Shown piece after piece: positions 53,231-64,000 of a DNA stretch of 64,000 nucleotides. The stretch is from Raja brachyura. Its lineage: Eukaryota. Below the pieces are notes generated by a model. It was given only the letters and a program-made list of their open reading frames with translations, searched no databases and was not told the DNA's origin. A program made the position numbers and the translations under genes. The first letter of the stretch is position 1. Every line of letters starts with the position of its first letter. The stretch spans positions 12,896,001-12,960,000 of the forward strand of contig OY740810.1 in the NCBI GenBank assembly GCA_963514005.1. The letters are read 5' to 3'.

Positions 53231-56222
53231 ATGTAAATTATTCTTTCCCTGTGTTTTCAGAATTCATGTTTATCAGCTTTGCCAGTGCACTGTGAGCCTT
53301 AATTGGCCAAAATAGATAATGAATATGAGAGTGAATCTCTCAGTGAATGCTTTAATCTCTAAACAATCACAATGTAGCACATTAAATATTGATCTACTTA
53401 ATAGCTGCCAGGCAGGTCAAATGTGAACTTCATTACTGTAATTGCAGAATTGCCTGTACAAACAAAAGAGAACATAGTTATTCTGCCCATTGAGGAAATT
53501 TGGTATAAATTGTTAGCATTCAGAATCACTGAGCATACAGAAGGCAATATTAAGCCAAGCTGTCTTTTAAATAACTTCAAATGTATTTATTTAGTTTCAG
53601 GATTGTGTATCTTTCTAAATAACACAAAACATATTCTATGACGGCAGAGTTTTGTGGCAAACCAAAACATGTGCCAGTGGGAAGGGAGTGAAACAAAACT
53701 GCACAGCAATGGAAAACTAAAAGAAAAATAATTTCCCAAAATTCACTCTAAGTAAGAGAATCATATTTACAAAATTAAACGATGTTATTTAAAAGTGAAC
53801 TGCAAGGTCTTTTATAGAAAAGTCATTGGAAGGACATCCAAGGTGGTTGACAATTCCTATGGAACATTCGTGCAGAGACTGGCGACAAAACTTGATTTCT
53901 GAAGATACAACTCTGAATGGGAACTGTTGCCATTCAACCTTTCAAATGAGAATAAGTCCTAGCTTGAGTGCACATGGCATGGAAAGTCACCTACTAGATC
54001 CTGCACTCATCTGAGCTGGATCCCTCTGTACATCAGTGCTCGCAAGAAAGGGTTCTGCCATTTACTGTATACGTTCCTTTGTCGTTTAACCACAGAATGC
54101 AACACCTTGCACTTGTCCAAATTAAAATGAAGCAACAGCAAATACATGTTTTATGAAAATAACTGTGAAATGGGATTTTGCTGTTGCACAAACTATATAT
54201 TTTTTTACTTTTTAGTTTCTAAAAATGTTATTTGATATAATGAATACATGGCTATGAATATTTGAGCTAACGTAGAGGACTCATTCTCCTTTGTACTAAT
54301 GGAAAGTAATATAACATATCCACTGTGTCTCAGTTAAGAGCTATTAATAATTCTTAATTAAAATGTTTATGCTGCTGTTGACATTATGACCTGATCAGTT
54401 TGTTATAATAAAACTAAAACATGATTTTTTTTAATGTTAAGAAGTCTTTTGGCTTAAAATGAACTTTTAATGTCCTGCCAATAGCCAATTTAGAGTCTGT
54501 CAAATTCAGTATCTTGGCAGCATACATCAGTTTTGGAATGAAATATTGGGGCTAATGGTAGATGGTTATAAAAGACTAAAGAATTACTTACAATTATTGA
54601 TTATGTATCAATTTGTGGTCAGGCGTAACAACTGAAGATAAATAACACATCAGGCTTACAGCGTTGTAAAATAAAAATTGTTTACTATCAGCAAGTACTC
54701 CCGCTGGTAGCTAAAAATTACGATAGGATTCAAAGGAAAGCAAAAATGACAAAACATTTCCTCCAAAGTGCAATGAATGTTTGACTACTGTGAACAAGAG
54801 TTTAGAATTATTTCAAATTGTAAACAATTGTTGTTTTTTTAATATGACACATCATATCCAGAAAGGAGCAAATAAAAAAACAAAACAGACAAATGCCTGT
54901 TTGCAATATATCACTTTTCCCTATAAACTTGAAATTAGTCCCGTCATGTGCTAGTGCATTAGTGGATTAGGATCTTTGATAAATATTCCTTCTCTACTTC
55001 CCAATGTACAATTCAAAAATTACCTTGTTGCTCACGAATACCTAGTTGACCACTTTACATATGACACTGTCTTCAAGTTAAGATTGTATAGAACAGATAG
55101 TTCTCCTAATTAGAGGCTGAATCTCCAAGTAACCTTTTGCTAAGGATTAAATAATGGTTCATATACCAGTACACTCACAAATGCAAATTTAAAAAGAAAG
55201 AGGATCCTAACAAACAACTTAATTCCCTAGTACACTCGAAATACACAAGACTTATTTCTCAGAGGGAAACTGCTTATATTGGTAATTTGTATAAATGCCT
55301 GTTAGAGAATGGGTTAATCTGATTTTTTATTAATGTTATTGCCAGTCCACTAATTACCTTACAAAAGCAACACTGTCCAAGTAATTTACTTTGGGAATCC
55401 TCATAATGTAAGGAGGCTTTGACAAAAATTAAATCGATTCTAACTCAATAATAGTTCTGCTATTTGTCCAAAATTGTCTTTGCATTAATACAGTTTCCTC
55501 CCACCATAATTTATGTTGTTTTATAATACAAACAGTATATGATGCCACATGCTAAGCGTCAATGCTATCCCGCACACTTTCATATCTTCTGGGAATCGGC
55601 ATTCTATTCAGTAGTCTTCTGCGTCAAATTTAAGCTCAATAATTTACTGTAATAACAAACAAGCATTCAAACCAATAATTACACATTTATCAAATTTAAT
55701 TTGGCACACTAAAACTGCTGATTGGCACATTATTTTGGAAAACACGGCTTAGTTTAGTTTTAAAATATTGTTGTATAACTTCTGAGACATTTCTCACCAA
55801 CCCCAAAAGCAATTTACAAGCAGCAGAAGACTGCAGGCAAATTATCCAAATATTAATAATGACCACCAATATTTGAATAGTTAGAAGCTAACAGTGAAAG
55901 ATTTGACCTCAAATTCTTATTTAAATAAATCTATTGACATTTTGTTGCAATTTATTACTTAGTAATATGAAAATCTGAAGAACAGGAAACTGAACATACT
56001 TTGAGGTCATATATAAAGTAGTCATAACACTTATATCCTGAACAATTATATATTTGTACCGTTTAATCTTCTGATATTACACCATTGAAGCCACCATGTT
56101 CACAAATACAAAAAAAACACTTAAGCAAGCATGCACACAACTACCAGACAAGAAGCCACAGCACATTGTAGACCACAAATGTCTAGTTTATGAACAAGGC
56201 AATAGATTTGGTTAAAACCCAC

Positions 56223-56348
56223 CTATCCGACAGATCTAGGGACTGCCTACTTTCAAGGGAACACTGACGACTGGTTAGCCTGCTAGAGTCTGACGCAGTC
56301 TCTAGGTCACTGCGTCCATTTGTGGCAGAGTCTATGCTATCATAGCGT
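56223..56348 (-). CDS. unc13a: probable 126-nt cassette exon (RRYDSIDSATNGRSDLETASDSSRLTSRQCSLESRQSLDLSD)
   Basis: Pyrimidine tract plus TAG acceptor, AG|GTGGGT donor; phase 2-2, open in the frame of the flanking exons; GC-richer than the intron. Confidence 0.72.
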
Positions 56349-57738
56349 CTACCAGAGAAAGCGGAAAGCACAAAGAGGAAAAATGTGAGGGAAGATTAAA
56401 TAAACAAAAAAGTTACTTTTTAATTATATACTCTACTGAGACAACAGTATTTCGATCACTTATGAAATTAATTAATATAATACTCAGATATATTACTGAT
56501 CAATTACACAACACTTTGTTGCAAATATGTCAAAAGAGGATCGATATTACAAGCATTTGACTTCTCAGCCCACTTGTTGATGGATTCTCAACCAAGTGTT
56601 TTGAGCATAGTGGATTATTTTTAGGGTAATGACAAAAAGACATACCATTATAATTATTATTAGCATAAGCAAGGCAGTCTTTTCATCAGCGAGTATTCAT
56701 AGACACAGTGGTCTCACAACATAGTACACAATAGTTCCTTCATTTTCTAACGTTCATCCTCATATTGTGGTGCAAGAACATTTCAATAGCAAACCAAATG
56801 ACAGGGAATACAAATATAAGTCTGTTATATAAAGATGAGTAGCAACATTTCTGGTTTGAAGTTATAAGCAAATTTCACTGCAGAAAATATAAATTAATCA
56901 GAACAGATGTTTAAAGAATATAGCTGTGAAGGTAACAACCATGTAACCATAGTATACCTGTATAGGATTTTCCAAAAAGCAATAGCCAACTGAACATAAA
57001 GTTCCCATTAAAAAGCGTTTGAATGCTTCAATATCTTAATATGAATTACAAAAACTAGCTCCCAGTATAGTGTGCAACTTTACACATTGATTTTCTTTGG
57101 TATTATTTAAATTACAGATATGTTACACTCCACATATTTCCCACAAATTGTTAAATTTGTAATATTTTAACCAAACTTCAAATTACTCATCATTATATTT
57201 CAATTTAAAATCAAAGAACGTTACCCCTAAAGCATTTTCACACAGTATTCATCTCCTTATACTGGTAAAAATAAATACATGGTTACCCTGCAGAGATTTA
57301 GAAAGAACTCTGATGTCTAGTTAAAAGAAATGAAAACAACTGATTAATTTAACATTATATCAATCAGCAAGGAGCAACCTATGAGAGAATCACCTTCATA
57401 AACTCAGTGAACAATAAATGTACCAATAGTTTACAGCATAAATACTAATATTGAAACTCATTTACATTAATGATGTTTACATTTCTACAATATTTTAAAT
57501 ATAGGTAATAAAATCAAGTAGTAAATATAACGATTATAAATGCAACATCATGATGCATTTATATTACTTGCATTGTTTTATAATACAATATATTACACTT
57601 TGAAAATGTTCAATTACATGCATAATAAAATATAATTTTGGCTTAGCTTGTGAAAGTGTGTGCTATTACAGCCATTTAAAATTTGTGCTTGCCATGAGAA
57701 ATGCTTTGGTTAATATGATGTATGAATGGCTTTGCACT

Positions 57739-58733
57739 AGTCATGGTGCAACAGTCAGTAAAATATAAAGTTAGTTTTCAAATTACAGGATGGAACGGCA
57801 ACAGCTTAATAAATTACATTTGCACATTTAAAAACAGGTTTAGATGTAATGATAATTTCAAGGAAGTAATTGTGGGTTTTTTTTAAGACATGTTGCAAAT
57901 AATATTTCCCACTTTCAACATATCCATGCCAAGAAGGAAACCAAGAAACTGCTACCTGGCCAGTTATATTTTATTTTGTATGTAAACTAGAGAGTGTATT
58001 ATACATTCTCTTTTTTTTTCTTCCAGACCATGGATACAGTAAATACTTAATATATCTGATTGATAGAAGCTGAAACTTTGAGAATGACAATAAAAGATCA
58101 TAAATTACATTATAATTGAGTCTAATATTGTTTTATTAAAAGATTACGAGGTCATGAATTTTATAAAATAGCATCAAACTTTGATGTGCATTTTGCCTAT
58201 AATGTGCAGAAAATAAATAATGAATAGGTCTTGCCATGTTGTCTGGAAGCAATCAAATTATTAGAAGCTAATCAACCTAAAGGTAGAAAAGAAACGTATC
58301 AGAAAGTGGTGAAATATAAATAGAAAGGCTCCACCAGCAACTGCAAAATGAAGAGCAGAGATCCTGAAAATTATATTTAGTTATGTTGAGAATGAACATA
58401 CACTGACTGAGTGAAAACAATGTTACATAAAAACCATTTTTCAAAAGTACGGTTGGGTTAACCTGGAACAATTTGTTTTAACATCTATTTTAGAGTGGTC
58501 GTCTAAAGATAAAATTACTAAATCTCCAAATGAAACAAAATAAGAAACAACCAACTTAGATGTTTTTTTTAAAGAATTGAGCTTGATAAATCTTGATACA
58601 TCTAAACCTGTTTTTAAATGTGCAAATGTAATTTATTAAGCTGTTGCCGTTCCATCCTGTAATTTGAAAACTAACTTTATATTTTACTGACTGTTGCACC
58701 ATGACTTTTAAAGAATTGAGCTTGATAAATCTT
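57739..58733. repeat. perfect 110-bp inverted repeat (57739-57848 and 58597-58706); second copy flanked by a 28-bp direct repeat
   Basis: Base-by-base reverse-complement match; TTTTAAAGAATTGAGCTTGATAAATCTT at 58567-58594 and 58706-58733. Confidence 0.93.
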
Positions 58734-59472
58734 TTCTTTAGTAAAGATAACATATGGTGAATAAGGTGGAATGGAGAGCGTGAGATGACTATGTGAATTT
58801 TCGGACTGCCTATGCATAGAACCACACAGACTACTGGAGAAGATCCAACCTACTGCATATAATTAGGAGGAGAAACAAATTGAAAGAATAATTTGTCAAA
58901 AGAAAGAGGTAAAACCAGAATTTCTCACAGCAGTTGCAAATGCCCATACATTCTATTATAACAATATTTGTATTAACTCCCTCTAAATGAATATTTTAAA
59001 TCATTTCTCCAAAATCATATCTCCAAAAATATTGTGAAATTGGTTTGTAAATGTTGTTCTCATTACTGATAATCAAAACATTGTAAATATATTTATGGAT
59101 CATTATTCTTCACTCAAATAATTACATCAAGTTGCTAACTATAACATTTTGAAAGCTTTATGCATTTCCATTAAAGACAATTGCGCTTGTAGAATATTTT
59201 CCTAATTACATTCACATAGAGGTAAATATCATATAAACCAAAAAATACAATGATGAATTTTATTTAATAAAAATAGTAATTCAAGAATTATCTAATGACA
59301 TCATAAAGCAACATTTCTATCAGAGAATTCTATTTAATCTTTCTTAACTGTAGCGTAGCGCATTAACTTTTTTTCATTTATTTAAACTGATTCAAGTTCA
59401 CATTAAAACCACAATCTCTCAAAATAGGAAATCAGCAATTGTGTACACCCTTTTGCAAATGTATTCAATTAC

Positions 59473-59496
59473 CCTGACGGCGAGTGGGAAGAATAT
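59473..59496 (-). CDS. unc13a: candidate 24-nt microexon (R)YSSHSPSG
   Basis: AG|ATATTCTTCCCACTCGCCGTCAGG|GTAATT; phase 2-2, frame-preserving; acceptor is weak. Confidence 0.3.
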
Positions 59497-60214
59497 CTCT
59501 TCCAATGGACAAAATAAATTCAGCCAGGTACCTCTCAGTTCTTTTCCAGGCGATTTTTGTTAACCAGTGAAAATTATTAACAGTGGAGCTGACAAATTAA
59601 AATGTTAGTTTACACCAATGTGCTATCACTTCGGTATTAGTCCTCTCACACCCTGATCAAACTGTGCTCCAGGCCAGGGTTCAGAACTATTTACAGGTTA
59701 ATTTAAATACTAGTAGAGATACCGAGCAATTATTAGATTGGCAGTAAGAATGGTATAAACATGACAAAAAACACTGATATTTTCATTATAGAAAATAAAT
59801 CACAAAAATCATTTCAGCTTCTTTGAGTGAAAAAGGCCTTAAAAACAGAATAGCATCTAAGTACCATAAATATTATTTTTGATTACAACCTGTTACTTGT
59901 ACTCCCTCCCCCTTTCCTAACAAGAAAGAAAGCATTTTACACCTCCAATCATATATCGTCATTTTAATGAGGCATTTGTTCTCTCTCTGAATTACCTCCA
60001 GTATATCGGAACACTCCCAATGAACTTAATTAGACCAGAAATTCACCATGTCAAGAATAAAGCACAATCTCATCTACAACCACTGTGCAGTCTCAGGATA
60101 TAACACAATGCTTTTACTGGATAACCCCACTTTTAGCTGAAAACAACAATCAATATCGACTGAAAATAATACTTGTTTTTAAAACCAAACAGCCATCAAC
60201 AAAATAAATTGTAC

Positions 60215-60437
60215 CTTATTGGCCTCTGATGATCTGAATAATCTAGCTCATAACTGTGAATAGAATCAGTGCAAGAATCCCGCGATCCATTCTGTTGATG
60301 CCGTGAAGAAATGGAATACTGATGGACTGATGCATTAGGCTGAGATGTTGTAAAATATGGAGGTGGGATGCTGTTGCTAGTTTCACTTCGATAGTCGCTG
60401 TCTCTGTCATCCACTGCACTGTCAGGATCTTCATTGT
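60215..60437 (-). CDS. unc13a: unc13a exon, N-terminal linker ([28 protein letters not shown]...)
   Basis: Peptide matches the Munc13-1 linker; acceptor TTTATAG and donor AG|GTAC; 223 nt, phase 1 to 2. Confidence 0.93.
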
Positions 60438-61479
60438 CTATAAACAATGAAAACCACATTGCCACAATGATGAATTTACAGAATTGTAAAATAATACCAG
60501 CTTCAAAGAGTATGATTTCCAACAACATTCAAGATCTTCAATAATTTCACAATTCTCACAACTTGCACCCGATGGATAGCATTGTTTAATATATATATAC
60601 ACCTGGATTCTGTCATGTTTGGAAAGATTTAAAAGGATGCAACAGCAGCTAACAACACAAATTAACTGGGTAGCTCACTCCTCAAAGGACAGTTGGTCTC
60701 AGATTATAGGACGTTGTGAAGATCTGAAAACTGTATAACACTATTTTAGAAGAAGCTGAAGTTCATAATAATTTTCCTCATTGACCTAGCAGTTTGTAGC
60801 ACAAGCAGCAAGAGCATTAGATACAGGGAAGCATTGACCAGGAATTGATCCTTGGGGCTAAGTTATGAAGACAATGGGTCAGATAATGCCTGACCCATTT
60901 TGCACCTTAAATTCACTTCCAATCTTATACACCCCCATGTCGGCACAAATGAATTCAATGTCTTGTCAGCACGGCCAACTCACAAAGCCAAAAGGGTGAC
61001 AAGTGGTGATAGAGACAGCAGGCACCACAAGTTGAGGCCCCAAATTTGTATCGTTTAGATGCCATTTTTGTTTGTTATGCTGTCAAAGGCCATGTCAATT
61101 GTTGCTAAGTGTCAAATATCAGAGTCACTGGGAAAAACTAATGTTTTTTTTTGTCAAGAATAATAGAAATAAACCGACATTCCACAAAACAGAAACACAA
61201 GACTAATTTTAATTGATGCAGCCCACTGACCAGACTTGCACTCTCTCCATGAGTTACTGACTTTGTACACATGCATGCTTTTGACTGACCTTGATTAATT
61301 GACTGGGACTTAGTGCAAGATTATTGGACGAGGCAGAATTTGTTGGGTATATCCAAGGTGGTCTCCTTAAACAGTATGTAGATAGTTTGATTTGAGGGGG
61401 GACTATACTGGATCTTGAAGATCACGGCAAGTCACAGCCATACCGACAGCAGGCTTGGCTGGTCGGTGATCCATGGCAT

Positions 61480-62745
61480 CAGTGGTCGGGAAACTATTGG
61501 AGAGAATTTTTTGAGATAGGATTTACTCCCAATTGGCAGATAATGGGCTAATTATCAATAGCCAGCATGGCTTTGTACGTGGCAGGTGAGGTCATGCTAA
61601 TTTGAATCCTTTTTTTTAATAAAGCAGGTGACGAAGGATACTGATGAAGATAGATGTTGTATACATAGATTTTAGCAAGGCTTTCGATAAGGTCCCTCAG
61701 GTAGGCCGATTCAGAAGATTAAGATGAACAGGATTCACAGTGTCTTGATCATATGGATTCAGGACTGAATCATAATCATAGATTGTGTTGTGCTGGAAGG
61801 AGGTTTCTGGCTGGAGGTCTGTGACCAGTGGAGTACCACATGGATCCGTGCTGGGACCTCTGCTGTTTGTGATATATATATTAATGACTTAGACATACGT
61901 TTGTGAGTAAGTTTGTTGACCACACCAAAATTGGAGGAGTTACAGACAGTGAGGAAGGCTCTCAGAAGTTACAATAGGATATAAATCAGCTGCAGACATG
62001 GGCGGAAAAATGGTAAGTGGAGTTTATCCAAGCAAGTGCGAGGATTTGCACTTTGGGTGGTTGAATGTAAGGGGAGAGTGTATAGTTAATAGCAAGATCC
62101 TTAAAAGCATTGGTGTGTGGATGGATCTTGGCGTCCAACTTCATAGCTCACTGAAGGTAGAAGAACTAGTAGATAGGATAGTAAAGAAGGCGAATGGTAT
62201 GCTTGCCTTCATTGCTTGGGGCATTGAGTGTAAGAGTCAGGAAGTCATGATGTAGCTTATCAACTTTGGTTAGTTCACATTTAGAGTATTACATACAGTT
62301 CTGATCACCCCATTACAGGAAGGATGCGGAAGTTATGGAGAGGATGCAAAGGAAATTTACCAGAATGCTACCTGGATTAAAGAGTACAACAAAGAGAGTT
62401 TGATAAACTTGGATTGTTTTCTCTGGCATGTTGAAGGTTGAGGGGAGACTTGATAGAAGTATATAAAATTATGAGAGGCATAGATAAGATGGACAACCTT
62501 TTTCTAGTGTGGAAATGTCTTTCACTAGAGAGTATACACACATAGTGGTGGGTGCCTGGAACTCATTGCCACGGGTGGTGGTGGAGGCAGATAGAATAGT
62601 GGTGTTTAAGGGGCTATTAGATAGGCACATGGAAGTTCAAGGAATAGTGGGATGTAGATCATGTACAAGCAAATGAGATAATTTAAACTTGGCATCATGT
62701 TTGGCATGAACATTGTGGGCCGAGGGGCATTCGTGTGCTGTACTG
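61480..62745 (+). mobile_element. degenerate CR1 LINE RT region and 3' end
   Basis: SQHGF, DFSKAFDKVP, SGVPHGSVLGPLLF and LRGDLIEVYKIMRG remnants. Confidence 0.88.
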
Positions 62746-62759
62746 ATCCCCGAGTCAAA

Positions 62760-62955
62760 TTGAGACCTCATTGCAGACCCTCAGACTATCTTTGATTGGA
62801 CTTTATCTTGCACTAAACATTATTCACTTTATTCCCTTTATCATCTCTACACTGTGAATGGCTCAGTTGTAATAATGTACTGTCTTTTCACTGATTGGTT
62901 AGCACGCAACAAAAGCTTTTCACTGTACCTCGGTACATGTGACAATAAACTAAAG
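62760..62955 (+). mobile_element. short LINE/SINE 3'-end fragment
   Basis: aaagcttttcactgtacctcggtacatgtgacaataaactaaa; related copies at about 43360-43557 (+) and 27264-27375 (-). Confidence 0.6.
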
Positions 62956-64000
62956 GCTAGTTGCAGCAACAGTCTGACTTTATTCACAATTAGGCTTCAG
63001 TTGATTTAGTGCTTAAGGCTGGCCCCAGGACCCTGAGAGCCTCTGATAGGAATCAAGGCTAAAAATTCTGACAAATGTCTGTGAGGCTTTTCAAATATTT
63101 TTGAAGTCATTGGTATCCAAAGACATTTAAAAAAAAAAAATTGTATGAACGGGTTAAAATTGACAGCATTTTAATAAAATGTATTTAAAACAATGTGCTC
63201 CGATCTCTATTTCAAATGCTGTGTCCCTCTGTATTCTCACTCTCCCTCTATCTCTATTTTCATCCATCTATCAATCAGATGACTCCAACTACATCAACTC
63301 ATCATCAGGAATCTTTATCCACCTTATCAGAGTCCCTTTGTCTTTCCCATACCTCCTCCACCCTTCTTGCAACTGAAAACTACGGTAATTAGTTTTCTCT
63401 TTTCCAATTCTAATAATGACTTTTGATCTGAAGCATTACACGTGTTTCTCTTTCCTGTTGAATGTTTTCAGATTTTCTATTTTCATTTCAGATTTCCAGC
63501 TCCTGCAGTTTTTTTTAATTTCCAATTTCTTTCTTTAACTTAAACTTTTTTTTCCTGTTATTGTTTTATTTACTATTGCACTAAACTATTGTAAAGAGTC
63601 ACTGGATGTCCAAATAATCATCTTCAAATTGCACAGGTTTAACCAAAAGCCAACTCTGTCCCAGTCTATTATTTTAACATACAAGTACTTTCAGCTTTCA
63701 GAGTACTATGTACAATCCACAAAAATATTTCTTCCCAGTACATTGTATAGAAGTTACCCACTCAAAAAAATGTTTATTAGACAATGTTCCTGTCACAAAA
63801 TAGTAATGGAACCATGGTAATGAAGAATGATGATAAGGAAACATGAGCTAAAATTTGAGAATGAAAGTTGAATTTCACACTCAACCATAATTTCAGGTGG
63901 ATTGATTGTGGGAATTCATCAACCAGGCATGAATCTTAATTGTCCAAATGCCCTTGATGCAAGATAAAATATTCAAGATGGTTTCAATTATGAAGGGATT

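Overview
Vertebrate genomic DNA; the repeat landscape (CR1 LINEs, Penelope pLTRs, DIRS1) suggests a cartilaginous fish such as a skate, which is an inference. The whole window lies inside an unc13a (Munc13-1) gene on the minus strand. I can place 12 phase-compatible coding exons with GT-AG boundaries, running from the N-terminal linker through the calmodulin-binding motif and C1 domain to most of C2B. They include a 6-nt AM microexon (14954-14959) and a 126-nt cassette exon I do not recognise from mammalian UNC13A. The introns hold a full-length but frameshifted DIRS1 tyrosine-recombinase retrotransposon (21338-26648) with intact ITRs, ICR and ATT recombination core, inserted in a CR1. They also hold Penelope remnants with hammerhead-like cores, two TIR elements, an L1/Tx1 fragment and many CR1 fragments. 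Other notable items are a perfect 110-bp inverted templated insertion and a possible decayed giant alternative exon. I found no clearly unprecedented system; the best novelty candidates are splicing- and RNA-structure-related. All coordinates were read by hand, and family assignments are from memory without database searches.
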